This document shows, piece after piece, positions 49,278 to 59,456 of a stretch of DNA of 64,000 nt. Below the pieces are notes generated by a model. That model ran no database searches and had not been told where the DNA came from. It saw nothing but the letters and a program-made list of their open reading frames with translations. How positions within the stretch are numbered: position 1 is the first letter of the stretch; each line of letters starts with the position of its first letter. Made by a program: the position numbers and the translations under genes. This DNA is from an uncultured Lachnospiraceae bacterium (lineage in GTDB: Bacteria > Bacillota > Clostridia > Lachnospirales > Lachnospiraceae), in NCBI GenBank assembly GCA_947175175.1, contig CAMWLV010000001.1, positions 2,358-66,357 of the forward strand. Reading direction: 5' to 3'.

Positions 49278-51103
49278 ACTGTCTTTCGTCCTCCTTTGAA
49301 TATTCCATATCCGAAATGGTCACAGTGAAGGCATCTTGAAGCCTCCTGTTTACACTCTGCTTCCGACATCGGAAGTTCCACACCATCAAAATCGCACACC
49401 CGCTGACACACTTCACGCTCTGTCATGTTGACACGTCCACAGGGATTTCTGTCCGACATATTGGGCGATGGCACATCCACATCACTCTGTATCACATGAT
49501 GGAATCCTAAATACTCGTCAATATTTGCCGCGATCACCTTTGCCGCGCCAATCGCCTTGATCACAGTAGCTGGTCCTGTCGCACAGTCGCCTCCTGCAAA
49601 TACGCCGGGAAGCAGGTCAAATCCGCCATGCCGTCCTGTCTGAATCACACCTCTGTTCACTGGAACACCAGCATCTGCAAAATGCTGCGACTCAATATCC
49701 TGCCCGATTGCCACGATCACCGTCGTACATGGAATCAAAATATCCGCCTCACCGGTATCCTTCACACTCGCACGTCCATTCTTGATATTGCTGATCATCT
49801 GCGGTCTCACCCACAGACCTCTCGTGCTGTAGTCATTGTCTGTCTCTATCCGCACTGGTGCTTTGAGTGTCGCCACTTCCACGCCCTCCGCAATCGCACC
49901 CTCGATCTCATCGCGGAGTGCCGTCATGTCGGCAACGCGCCTGCGGTATACGATCGTCACTTTCTTTGCACCAAGCCGCACCGCCGTGCGCACTGCGTCC
50001 ATCGACACATTGCCGCCTCCGACAACACAGACCTCCTGTCCCTTGAGATCAATTGCATTTCCTTTTCCAACATCACGCAAAAACTGTACTGCAGAAATCA
50101 CACCGTCTGCGTCCTCACCCTCAACACCGAGCTTTTTGTCTGTGCTTGCACCAATCGTGATCAGCACAGCGTCATACTGTTCCCTCAGTTCGTTGATCGT
50201 GATGTCAATACCAATTCGAAGACCGTGCTTTACCTGCACGCCTGTCTCTAAGATCGCGTTGATATCATCATCAAGTCTGTCCTTGGGCAGTCTGTAATTC
50301 GGAATGCCATAGCGGAGCATGCCGCCCAGCTTTGGAAGCATCTCATATACCACAACCTGATGCCCCATCAGCTGCAAATAGTAGGCAGTACTCAATCCGC
50401 CTGGCCCCCCGCCTACGATTGCCACCTTTTTGCCGGTGGACGGCTGACACTTGGGCGGTTCAACTTTTCCGGCGAAGTCTGCTGCCATGCGCTTTAAGCC
50501 TCTGATATTGATTGCATCATCAATCATGTTTCTGCGGCATCTCGCCTCGCAGGGATGTTCGCAGATAAATCCGCAGGTTGTAGGGAATGGGTTATCCTTT
50601 CTGATGAGCCTGATCGCGTCCTTGTATCTTTCCTCGCGCACAAGCGCTATGTATCCTGGTATGTCAACGCCAGCCGGGCACAGTGACACGCATGGAACCG
50701 GCTGTTGGTAATTGCAGTTGCAGCGTCCCAATTCAATATGTGCTACATATTCATCATGAAAACCAATGAGTCCCTTGTATACCATGTTGGCTGCCTCATA
50801 ACCGATCGCACAGTCAGCAGACTCCATGATACTGAGTGCTGTCTCCTTCATCTCGTCCAAGATCTCCAATGTAGCCCTTCCATTCAATACATTTGATATC
50901 ATATTCTTAAGCTGCCTTAATCCGACGCGGCAGGGTACGCATTTCCCGCATGTCTGTGCATGGCACAGCTCCAAAAATGCCTTTGACATGTCTATGGGGC
51001 AAAGTCCCGACGGACTTGCCTCGATCCTTCTCTCCAAATCCTTATAAAGCTGTTCTACGACGACCTGCGCTCTATTCGGCATGGGAATTTCAAGTCTGCT
51101 CAT
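49271..51103 (-). CDS. GltD-like FAD/NAD(P)H oxidoreductase with N-terminal NuoF-type [4Fe-4S] domain (hydrogenase partner)
   Basis: TCGKCVPCRVG; PCVSLCPAGVDIPGY; VGGGPGGL, GGMLRYGIP, GGGNVSMD; C-terminal EASRCLHC. Confidence 0.85.
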   Translation of the reverse strand: MSRLEIPMPNRAQVVVEQLYKDLERRIEASPSGLCPIDMSKAFLELCHAQTCGKCVPCRVGLRQLKNMISNVLNGRATLEILDEMKETALSIMESADCAIGYEAANMVYKGLIGFHDEYVAHIELGRCNCNYQQPVPCVSLCPAGVDIPGYIALVREERYKDAIRLIRKDNPFPTTCGFICEHPCEARCRRNMIDDAINIRGLKRMAADFAGKVEPPKCQPSTGKKVAIVGGGPGGLSTAYYLQLMGHQVVVYEMLPKLGGMLRYGIPNYRLPKDRLDDDINAILETGVQVKHGLRIGIDITINELREQYDAVLITIGASTDKKLGVEGEDADGVISAVQFLRDVGKGNAIDLKGQEVCVVGGGNVSMDAVRTAVRLGAKKVTIVYRRRVADMTALRDEIEGAIAEGVEVATLKAPVRIETDNDYSTRGLWVRPQMISNIKNGRASVKDTGEADILIPCTTVIVAIGQDIESQHFADAGVPVNRGVIQTGRHGGFDLLPGVFAGGDCATGPATVIKAIGAAKVIAANIDEYLGFHHVIQSDVDVPSPNMSDRNPCGRVNMTEREVCQRVCDFDGVELPMSEAECKQEASRCLHCDHFGYGIFKGGRKTVW

Positions 51104-51183
51104 TGATTACCTCCTCGTTTTGTAACTAAATACATTATCACTATACGTAATTCACACAGAACCTACCGCCATGTAAGAAACTA

Positions 51184-51197
51184 TGTAAGCTCTTACA
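51184..51197. promoter_or_regulatory. cre-like palindrome TGTAAGCTCTTACA upstream of the hydrogenase operon
   Basis: 4 nt from a minus-strand TACAAT (51202..51207); matches the site at 25900. Confidence 0.45.
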
Positions 51198-51325
51198 TGC
51201 TATTGTACACTGACTTTTGTGATTTGACAACCATTGATATTATTTAGACAAAGATGTGCCCTCACTGACTGTCCCTAATAGTAAAAGCAGGGGTACTCCT
51301 TCCCCTGCTCTTGCAAAACATAAAT

Positions 51326-52726
51326 CTATGCCCTCAAAAATGCAGTGTAACCGCGCACTGCCTCATACACATCTGCCTTGCTGACCACCTCATATGGCGC
51401 GTGCATGTTCATCACGGAGACACCACTGTCAATCACATTCATTCCGTATTCTGCCATAATGCGAGCTATCGTTCCGCCGCCGCCCATATCGACTTTCCCC
51501 AACTCCGAGAACTGAAACATCACCTCTGCCTCATCCATTATTTTCCTGATCTGTGCCACATATTCCGCATTGGCATCACTCGCGCCTTTCTTTCCTTTTG
51601 AGCCGGTGTATTTGTTAAACGCAAGTCCCTTTGCCAGAAATGCGGCATTATTTTTCTCAAAAGCACTGGCGTACAATGGATCGTAGCCTGCACTTACATC
51701 TGAGGAAAGCATCTTGGAGTTTGCCAGGGTACGGCGCACAAGAATCTGGGAATCTCTTTCTGCCGCTGCAACAAGCTCCGCTACAGTGTTCTCAAAAAAG
51801 TGAGATGTCATCCCAGTAGCCCCCATATTTCCGATCTCCTCTTTGTCAACAAGCAGACAGCACAGTGTTGTATCCGTGATCTCATCTGCCATATCTAACA
51901 GTGCAAAGATAGACGTAAAAGCGCATACCCTGTCATCCTGCCCATATCCAAGGATCATACTCCTGTCAAGACCTAAATCTCTCGCCTTTCCTGCGGGAAC
52001 GATCTCCAACTCGGCAGAGAGCAGATCTTCCTCCTCGATCGCATACATATCTGCAAGAATCCCTATGACATTCGCCTTGAGTAACTCTTTCTCCTCTTTT
52101 TCCAGCTCTTCACTCTGTTCGATTGGAGAGTTTCCGATCAGGAGGTCAAGATTCTCGCCCGCGATAACCTCTGTCATTTTCTTCGTCATCTGCTCTCCTG
52201 CCAGATGCACTAGCAGATCCGTGATGACAAATACTGGATCATCCTCTTTCTCGCCAATGCAGACCTTGACAACAGTACCATCTTTCTTTGCAACCACGCC
52301 ATGAATCGCCAGGGGAATCGTCGTCCATTGGTATTTCTTGATACCGCCATAATAATGTGTGTCAAAATATGCAAATCCGTCCTTCTCATACAACGGATTC
52401 TGCTTGATGTCAATCCTCGGCGAGTCAATATGTGCCCCGAGAATATTCATTCCCTCAGACAACGGTTTTCTTCCAATCTGAAAAAACACAACACTCTTAT
52501 CCATCTGCACTGCATAGAATTTATCTCCCGCCTTGATTGACTCACCTTTGTTCATCACACTGTACAGTTCCCTGTAGCCACTTTCCTCTGCCATCTCCAC
52601 AGCAGCTTCCACACACTCGCGCTCCGTCTTGCCCCGATCGAGACATTTTTTATAACGCTCACAGACCTCGTCTACTTTCTTTCTGTCCTCCTTCGTATAA
52701 CTGAGCCAGAGATTGTCCTTTTTCAT
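51326..52726 (-). CDS. M18-family aminopeptidase
   Basis: GAHIDSPRID, GQDDRVC, DKEEIG, SSDV, MHAPYE. Confidence 0.92.
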   Translation of the reverse strand: MKKDNLWLSYTKEDRKKVDEVCERYKKCLDRGKTERECVEAAVEMAEESGYRELYSVMNKGESIKAGDKFYAVQMDKSVVFFQIGRKPLSEGMNILGAHIDSPRIDIKQNPLYEKDGFAYFDTHYYGGIKKYQWTTIPLAIHGVVAKKDGTVVKVCIGEKEDDPVFVITDLLVHLAGEQMTKKMTEVIAGENLDLLIGNSPIEQSEELEKEEKELLKANVIGILADMYAIEEEDLLSAELEIVPAGKARDLGLDRSMILGYGQDDRVCAFTSIFALLDMADEITDTTLCCLLVDKEEIGNMGATGMTSHFFENTVAELVAAAERDSQILVRRTLANSKMLSSDVSAGYDPLYASAFEKNNAAFLAKGLAFNKYTGSKGKKGASDANAEYVAQIRKIMDEAEVMFQFSELGKVDMGGGGTIARIMAEYGMNVIDSGVSVMNMHAPYEVVSKADVYEAVRGYTAFLRA

Positions 52727-52826
52727 ACCTACCTGATTACTTCCTTTCAAAGATTTAGAATAAAATTATAGTAAGGAACTATAACCTAAATAATTTTTGA
52801 TTTATATTTTAAATCATATGTACTTA

Positions 52827-54173
52827 TCAAATTCTAAACTTGTGCGCCTGCTCCATCAACTCCTCCGCAACTGTCGACAGATTCTGCGCCATGCCTGTGA
52901 TGTCCGAGACGACGCTGTCTTGTGTTTCCACTGCCGCCAGCACTTCCTCGCTTCCTGCTGCGTTTTCCTGCGACGCTGCCGATATTCCTTCTATCATATC
53001 CACGATGATCTCTTTGCTGCCTGTCATATTGTTGCTGGACTCATGGAGCATATTGACGCTGGACTGGACACTCTCAAGACACTGTTCGATCTGCATAAAG
53101 TTTTCCCTTGTGTCCCCAACACTGCGCTCCTGTTCCTCAAAGATCTTTTCCATGCTTTCCATATTCCGAACCGCATCGGCAGTCTTCTCAAGAAGCTCCT
53201 GGATAATGGTTCCAATCTCACTGGTAAGATTGTTCGTTTCGTCTGCCAATCCCCTGATCTCCTCCGCAACAACGGCAAATCCTCTTCCTGCATCTCCTGC
53301 CCTTGCCGCCTCAATCGCCGCATTGAGCGAGAGCAGATTGGTCTGGTCTGCGATGTCGTTGATCTTCTGGCTTGTCATCTCAATCTTTTGTACCTGTTCG
53401 TTATTTTGCTGCATTACCTCTCTCACAATGGCAATACTCTCACGGCTCTTTGTTGTCTTGTCGATTAAATCCTTGATTGCAGTAAGACCGTTATTTTTTA
53501 CTTTATCCATCTCGTCGGCATTGCCTCTGAGATTCTCTGTGTCATTGAGATTTCGCACGATCAGCTCGTCGAGCTTTGCAACCTCATTCGCACTGGTGGT
53601 CGTATCCCCTGCTTGGGACATTGCGGCATTGCTGAGATCATTCATCGTGGTACTAATCTCATCAGACGAACGCTTTAACTGCATCGTCTGGTCTGCAAGT
53701 GTACTTGCATTGTTGGAAACTGTGGTTGATGACTGTTCAATCTGCCTCACAATATTGCGCAGGTTATCAAACATCAGGACAATATTCCTGCTGATACTGC
53801 CGAGCTCATCCTTTCTTGTCGTCATGGCACGCACATTTGCCATATTTCCTTCTGTCAAGTCATAACGCGCGATTCGGTGAATCTCCGCAACTGCCTTTTT
53901 GAGTGGTATAACCACTAGAAATTCCATAATCAACGCCAGTATGATCAGTGCGGTGATTCCCACTGTAAGACTGACAATTGTAGTCAATCCAATGGTCCCA
54001 ATAATCTGTGTCCGCGCCTCTGCCATGGTAATCCCGGAAATTTTCACAATCTCTTTTTCCATCATCTTGCACGATATTACGTTGTTGATCGAAAAAGCGA
54101 TCGTAAGAATAATAAACATCAAAATGTTAATGGTTACTATTACAGAAACCTTTTTGTATGTTTTGTTTTCCAT
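52827..54173 (-). CDS. Methyl-accepting chemotaxis protein (2 TM, very short external loop)
   Basis: [34 protein letters not shown]; HAMP motif RKDELG. Confidence 0.93.
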   Translation of the reverse strand: MENKTYKKVSVIVTINILMFIILTIAFSINNVISCKMMEKEIVKISGITMAEARTQIIGTIGLTTIVSLTVGITALIILALIMEFLVVIPLKKAVAEIHRIARYDLTEGNMANVRAMTTRKDELGSISRNIVLMFDNLRNIVRQIEQSSTTVSNNASTLADQTMQLKRSSDEISTTMNDLSNAAMSQAGDTTTSANEVAKLDELIVRNLNDTENLRGNADEMDKVKNNGLTAIKDLIDKTTKSRESIAIVREVMQQNNEQVQKIEMTSQKINDIADQTNLLSLNAAIEAARAGDAGRGFAVVAEEIRGLADETNNLTSEIGTIIQELLEKTADAVRNMESMEKIFEEQERSVGDTRENFMQIEQCLESVQSSVNMLHESSNNMTGSKEIIVDMIEGISAASQENAAGSEEVLAAVETQDSVVSDITGMAQNLSTVAEELMEQAHKFRI

Positions 54174-54236
54174 AAGTATCTATCCCCCTGCTTGTAACTT
54201 TATATACTTCAAGTATAGAGTATTTTTACCTCAATT

Positions 54237-55133
54237 TCAAGTCTCTTTCAACGGCACCTGCACAAGAATGATTGCTGCAAAAGCCAAAACACAGCCGGTG
54301 AGCTCCCGCATGGTAAGCACCTGATGCAGAAACAGCCAGCCTGCCAGTACGGAAACAACAGATTCCAGGCTTAAAATCAAGGAAGCGGTTGTGGGATTCA
54401 TGCCTTTTTGACCAATGATCTGCAAGGTGTATCCCACACCGCTTGAGAGTGCGCCTGCATACACAATTGGGAGCCACGCTGCAAGCATATCCGAGGCGCT
54501 TGGCTGCTCTAGTAAGAGCATCATGGCTGTACCCAGCACTGTGTTGGTCACAAACTGTACACATGAGAGTTTCACACCATTCACCAACGGTGAAAAATGG
54601 TCTACGACCAAAATGTGCAGGGCAAACACTGCCGCACAGCCAAGTATGTAAATGTCTCCTTCCTGCAGATGAAACTCTCCTTTTGCAATGCACAGCAGAT
54701 AGAGTCCTGCCATCGCAATAACCACTGCAATCCACACTCTAACACCTGTTTTCTTTTTCAAAAGTATACCAAATACTGGAACAAGTACCAAGTACATCGC
54801 CGTGATAAATCCAGCTTTTCCTACTGTCGTATATTTCATGCCAAACTGCTGAAGTGCACTCGCGGCAAAAAGACATACGCCGCAGCATATGCCTCCAATC
54901 AACAATAATTTATGATCACTTTTTTGTTGTTCCTGTCTGTCCTTTTTCTTGTGGCTTTTTTCCACAATCGCCACATAAGGCAGCAAGACCACCAGAGCAA
55001 TCACATTCCTTGCCGCGATAAAAGTGTAAGGCTCCACATAGTCCATCCCCACACTCTGCGCGACAAACGCAACTCCCCATATTGCGGCAGTCATAAATAA
55101 GATCATGGACTGCCTTAGTGTATATTTGTTCAT
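54237..55133 (-). CDS. DMT/EamA-family transporter
   Basis: IWGVAFVAQSVG, TTVGKAGFIT, ASLILSLESV; about 10 TM helices. Confidence 0.88.
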   Translation of the reverse strand: MNKYTLRQSMILFMTAAIWGVAFVAQSVGMDYVEPYTFIAARNVIALVVLLPYVAIVEKSHKKKDRQEQQKSDHKLLLIGGICCGVCLFAASALQQFGMKYTTVGKAGFITAMYLVLVPVFGILLKKKTGVRVWIAVVIAMAGLYLLCIAKGEFHLQEGDIYILGCAAVFALHILVVDHFSPLVNGVKLSCVQFVTNTVLGTAMMLLLEQPSASDMLAAWLPIVYAGALSSGVGYTLQIIGQKGMNPTTASLILSLESVVSVLAGWLFLHQVLTMRELTGCVLAFAAIILVQVPLKET

Positions 55134-55197
55134 AATATCTTTTTCTATCCTATTATATCAAAGATTCTGTCATCAGCATGTTTCCACAGCCCTACAC

Positions 55198-55953
55198 TTA
55201 ATTGTAAGCTTTGAATCCTATCGACTGATACAATCTTGCCGCCGCTGCATTAATTGCACGAATGGTAATGATTGATGCACTATCGGAAAAAGCATCACAT
55301 ACGGCTTTTTCACATACAGATCTTGCAAATCCTCTATTACGCATTTCGGGAATCGTACCGACAAATTCAAGAGATGCAGCGCCATTATTATTCATAATGG
55401 CAGCTACAGAAACCGGAATGTTGTCATAATACATCATATAACATTTCACTCCCTTTTTCTCACACCATATAAAATGATTAACTGGATGGATATCGGGGTA
55501 GCCACCGGAAAAAATATCATTTGTTGTTCGTGCCCATAGTGCAAATTCCTCAGCTGAATGTACCTGAATGATTTTTTCGTTATTATCATGACATTCTCTT
55601 TTTTCTTCAGGAAGCATCGACATATAGATCTCATCATTTTCATCATGCTCAGTTTTTTCATGTGTGGGTTTCTTTCCAGAGAATAGAAAGGCTGCCTCAT
55701 CCGATACAAGTAAACCAAGCCATATCGGCATATGCATTGATTTCATTTCATCTATGGTTATCTTTATCTGTTCTGTAGGAAGATTGTCAAGACGAACATT
55801 ATAAATAAACGATATCCCCTGTTCCCCTTCTTTCGGTTTAACATAAGAGTAAAACTCTTTGTCAACTTTTTCCATATGGATCGCCTCTCCAAATAAGCCG
55901 ACATAGTAATTGGCTCCATCGTCAATGTGTTGGATAATTTCTCTCTCTGTCAT
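55198..55953 (-). CDS. GNAT acetyltransferase
   Basis: VGTIPEMRNRGFA, ARLYQSIGF. True start MTERE; the ORF-track extension MPEHARG comes from the repeat element. Confidence 0.82.
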   Translation of the reverse strand: MTEREIIQHIDDGANYYVGLFGEAIHMEKVDKEFYSYVKPKEGEQGISFIYNVRLDNLPTEQIKITIDEMKSMHMPIWLGLLVSDEAAFLFSGKKPTHEKTEHDENDEIYMSMLPEEKRECHDNNEKIIQVHSAEEFALWARTTNDIFSGGYPDIHPVNHFIWCEKKGVKCYMMYYDNIPVSVAAIMNNNGAASLEFVGTIPEMRNRGFARSVCEKAVCDAFSDSASIITIRAINAAAARLYQSIGFKAYN

Positions 55954-55958
55954 ATTTA

Positions 55959-56019
55959 ACCCCCTTGCGTGCTCCGGCACGCATTACAATCAATAGTTTG
56001 AAAGTGACCTTCTTTCAAA
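55959..56019 (-). repeat. Dispersed two-hairpin intergenic element, copy 3
   Basis: Minus strand TTTGAAAGAAGGTCACTTTCAAACTATTGATTGTAATGCGTGCCGGAGCACGCAAGGGGGT. Confidence 0.92.
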
Positions 56020-56034
56020 ATTCTCCTTCATTCT

Positions 56035-56856
56035 CTAGCGTTTCTGACAGTGCTCGCAAAAGTAAATTGTCCCTCCCATATAGTTTGCCTTGTGAATCTC
56101 GTATCCGCACCGGATACATGGCTCGTTCAACGAATTTTTGCTCAGCTGTGTGATGTAATTTCCCTTTTGTCCGAAAAGATCTCTCTCCGTATCACGTCCG
56201 CCCTTTTCTGCCATTTCCTTCACAATCTTTTTTGCAGAATCATACAAAGCAAGAAAATCCTCCTCCGACGCCTCCTGCATCGAAAAGCGCGGATCGATGC
56301 CAGCATTCCACAGAATATCCTGCAATACACCGTTCCCGAGCCCCGGTATGCGCTGCTGCGTCGCGAGAAATGCCTTGGCGGAAAGCCTTTTGCTCGCCGT
56401 ATAAAGGGACTTAAAATAGTCGAATGTAAAATCATCTGTCAGCGGATTAGGCTTTGTGCTTGATGAAATGTAATAGCCTTCTGCACATTTTCCCTTAGGG
56501 AATACCATAATCCCACCGTACATCTGAATAGACACAAAGATTCCGGTCTCGTCGTCAAAGCAGAGTGCAAACTGGTGTTTCTTTGGAAATTTCTTTTTGT
56601 CCTCACAATACTTTGGATAGGCGCCATCGTTCAACACAATCATGCAGTCCTCTGTATCGATCTGAACCATTCCGCCCTGAAAGGCTGCACCCGTTATGGT
56701 CTGTCCCTCCAGATACTCCTCATACTTTTCCCGCTCGCCGCTAAAAAATGCAAATTTATGCGGTGTCTGCAGCACTTCAATGTGACTGATGATCTTACCC
56801 TTCAAATGCTCCCTGATCTGTTTTGCTATCGTATAGCTTTCTGGCAATTCCAGCAT
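56035..56856 (-). CDS. Fpg/Nei-like protein (H2TH plus zinc finger)
   Basis: MLELPES start, H2TH QRIPGLGNGVLQDILWNAGIDP, C-terminal CIRC...CEHCQ. Confidence 0.85.
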   Translation of the reverse strand: MLELPESYTIAKQIREHLKGKIISHIEVLQTPHKFAFFSGEREKYEEYLEGQTITGAAFQGGMVQIDTEDCMIVLNDGAYPKYCEDKKKFPKKHQFALCFDDETGIFVSIQMYGGIMVFPKGKCAEGYYISSSTKPNPLTDDFTFDYFKSLYTASKRLSAKAFLATQQRIPGLGNGVLQDILWNAGIDPRFSMQEASEEDFLALYDSAKKIVKEMAEKGGRDTERDLFGQKGNYITQLSKNSLNEPCIRCGYEIHKANYMGGTIYFCEHCQKR

Positions 56857-56898
56857 GATACTGTCTCCTCCATCTCTGTTGTCCAAGCGTTCATTCTT

Positions 56899-57342
56899 TT
56901 ATACCTCTCCCTCATAATTACCGGTAATCTCTATCGTATTACCATCCGGGTCTTTCAGGCAGAAATAATAATAAGGATTCCTCGCATTGATGTAGCGGAT
57001 TTTTGTCAGGTTCGCTGCTATGTTAAGCGACTTAACACGCTCGTATTCTGCCTTCAGATCATCTATGCTGAGGTTGATAACTACTTTTCCGCAGTTGGGC
57101 GCCTCCATGATCGGCGCATAGTCATCGTACAGGGCACAGTACTCTCCTTTCGTGTCCACCTCGTCAGAATGCTCCCTGTCAAACGTTCCATTCATGATGG
57201 AAAGCGTTAGTCCGTTTATGTCAAATACTGCAAAACGGTTTTTGTTCTGGTCGATGACATCTCTTTCAAACAATGCCCTGTAGAATAAAATGCTTTTGTC
57301 AAAATCCTTTGCGATCAGATAAATGCTTCCGTATGTATACAT
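56899..57342 (-). CDS. VOC/glyoxalase-family protein
   Basis: DFDKSILFYR...DDLKAEYERVK...KDPDGNTIEI. Confidence 0.85.
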   Translation of the reverse strand: MYTYGSIYLIAKDFDKSILFYRALFERDVIDQNKNRFAVFDINGLTLSIMNGTFDREHSDEVDTKGEYCALYDDYAPIMEAPNCGKVVINLSIDDLKAEYERVKSLNIAANLTKIRYINARNPYYYFCLKDPDGNTIEITGNYEGEV

Positions 57343-57455
57343 GTTCGTTTCCTCCCAAAAACTGCAGCAGATTATAAGAAACTATTGACAGCCAACCTGT
57401 GACAAGCCCTTGCTATAACCTCTTATGAACGATTTTTAAACATGATACCATATAT

Positions 57456-57479
57456 AATATGACATCAGTGTGTCATATT
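57456..57479. promoter_or_regulatory. Palindromic operator AATATGACA-N6-TGTCATATT in the promoter of the VOC-Fpg-GNAT operon
   Basis: Perfect 9-bp arms just upstream of a minus-strand extended -10-like TGGTATCAT. Confidence 0.65.
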
Positions 57480-57503
57480 CTATTTTTTATACAAATTAAA
57501 TTT

Positions 57504-59381
57504 CTATTCTGTCACAGGAATATTGTTTCGCCGGCAGTACTTTTCGGCATAGCTTTTCGGCGCTGCCGTCACTGTCAGACTGGCATCGCCGTTGAAAACA
57601 GTGACTGGCGTCTGCCTTTTGGTATCATTTTTGATCGCCCGAACCGATTGGGGAAGCACTACTGATCTCAGATTTGTACAGTCTGCAAAAGCCTTCTGCC
57701 TGATTTCTGCTACGCCCTCTGATATCACTGCCGTCTCCAGTGCAGTACATCCATAAAATGTCCCCCTGCGGATTATCTCGACGGTTCCGGGAATCGTCAC
57801 ACTCTTTAGGGATTGACAGTTTCTAAATGTATCCTTGCCAATCTCGGTGATACCCTCTGGCAGCTCAACAGTTTTCAAACGATTACAGCCCGCAAACGCC
57901 TCATCGCCAATCTCGGTGACACTATCCGGCAGCTCAATGGCACTTAAGCATTTGCAGCTCCAAAACGCTCTTGCCCCAATCGCAGTGATGCCGTTGGGGA
58001 TATTAATCTGTACCAATGCCCGGCAGCCATAAAATGCACATTCGCCAATAGCACGAATCGTTTTGGGCAGCGTTATCCGGGTGATCGCCTTGCGCAGCTC
58101 GATCTGTTCTTTTTTCAGGCGTAACGCTCCAAATGAGAATGCCCAGCTGCCGATTGCCGACACGACACGATTACCGATTTTTTCGGGAACTTCGATCTCA
58201 ATCTGTTTCCCCTTGTAGCGCGTGATCACGAGCGTGTCATCCTCGCGCTTCTCATAACCCCAGATCTTCTTTAATTCGGTGACAGAATTGGGATTTGCGT
58301 TCAGTTCCCGCATCATTTTCTTTTCTGCCCTTTCGCGCTCTGCGGCAAAATCAGCAGTGCGGTTTTTATATTCCAGCAGCCATGCGGAACATTCCGTCGC
58401 ATCGTTTTCAGAAGCGTATCTTATCATCTCCTCACGCCTTTGCGGCAATTGCAGCCAGCCGTTTTGGGTGCAGATCTCAAGACATTCTACGCTGTTTTGG
58501 TCGATCGCGCCCCGCATCAGCTTCGTTTTGTTCATCTTCTTCTGATTAAAGTGTTCCAGGATAAACTGAAAAAACTCCGGTTTATACAAACGGTACTGTT
58601 TCCGGTATGTATTATAGTTTGCCTGATAAACGGCATCTGTATAATATAATCTGTTCCCTTCCATTTCCCTGACAATGCTGCCAACCACATCCAGATAGTC
58701 CTCGTCGCCCAAATGCTCTGACATATGGCAGAACTCCCACCACTCATTGCTGCGGCCACCTTCCATAAGCCTTGTAATCCGCTGCTTTGAAAATCCCACT
58801 CCATACTCTTTGAGGACTTTGGTAATTTGTCTGCTGCCACTCATAATTGCATAAAAAAGCAGTTCCTCCACATCCAGACAGACTTTTTCGCGGTGCTCAT
58901 ACAGGTACTTTACAATCTCGGCTCGCTGTTCAACCGGCAGCACATTGAATCTCTTTGCCCCATCCGCCGCCACATCTGCATGACAGGCATCTCTGATATT
59001 ATTGAACCATGCCTGTTGGATCATGTCGTCCATCTCCGATGAAGGCAGCCAATGGCGGTTTGTGAAACAAGTGTCTCTTATGTCAACAGCCCCGGCATGC
59101 TGGAGCACAACGTTCATCTCCAGCGGTGACAGCCAATAATGCAGTTGATCATAACCGCCCGCATCCTTAGGGCGCACGTAATTAAAATTCGCGCCGCTCT
59201 CGACAAGCGCTTTGACATGCTCCAGCCCCCGGAAACGACAGGCAAGCCCTAACGCCCGCGCGGAGCTTCGAATCGGTTCAAGCTGTCTGTACAGCGCAGA
59301 GAGCTCCTCCGGGGATTTGGTAAATACGGCATGCTGTAGAACTGCACACTTATCTTTCTGTGAAATGTTTTCGTAGTCCAT
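57504..59381 (-). CDS. Ankyrin-like plus BspA-type LRR protein, paralogue B
   Basis: ALGLACRFRGLEHVKALVESGANF (ankyrin-like); repeats of IxLPxxxTxIGxxAFxxC; no signal peptide. Confidence 0.8.
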   Translation of the reverse strand: MDYENISQKDKCAVLQHAVFTKSPEELSALYRQLEPIRSSARALGLACRFRGLEHVKALVESGANFNYVRPKDAGGYDQLHYWLSPLEMNVVLQHAGAVDIRDTCFTNRHWLPSSEMDDMIQQAWFNNIRDACHADVAADGAKRFNVLPVEQRAEIVKYLYEHREKVCLDVEELLFYAIMSGSRQITKVLKEYGVGFSKQRITRLMEGGRSNEWWEFCHMSEHLGDEDYLDVVGSIVREMEGNRLYYTDAVYQANYNTYRKQYRLYKPEFFQFILEHFNQKKMNKTKLMRGAIDQNSVECLEICTQNGWLQLPQRREEMIRYASENDATECSAWLLEYKNRTADFAAERERAEKKMMRELNANPNSVTELKKIWGYEKREDDTLVITRYKGKQIEIEVPEKIGNRVVSAIGSWAFSFGALRLKKEQIELRKAITRITLPKTIRAIGECAFYGCRALVQINIPNGITAIGARAFWSCKCLSAIELPDSVTEIGDEAFAGCNRLKTVELPEGITEIGKDTFRNCQSLKSVTIPGTVEIIRRGTFYGCTALETAVISEGVAEIRQKAFADCTNLRSVVLPQSVRAIKNDTKRQTPVTVFNGDASLTVTAAPKSYAEKYCRRNNIPVTE

Positions 59382-59456
59382 AATAATCTCTTTTCTTTGC
59401 ATTGTTTGCCAGACTAATCTTTGCTGTTTGTATCAGTATTTTTCATTGACCGCGCT

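Noticed and set aside
52840-53865. Long plus-strand ORFs antisense to real genes (e.g. 341 aa opposite the MCP, 252 aa opposite secA)
   Set aside because: Shadow ORFs with no recognisable domains or RBS.
55954-55980. ORF-track N-terminal extensions MPEHARG, MVRVPEHAGG and MIGMRARSRRG
   Set aside because: They are read-ins from the repeat element; downstream ATGs have better SDs and, for the LRR gene, match the paralogue start.
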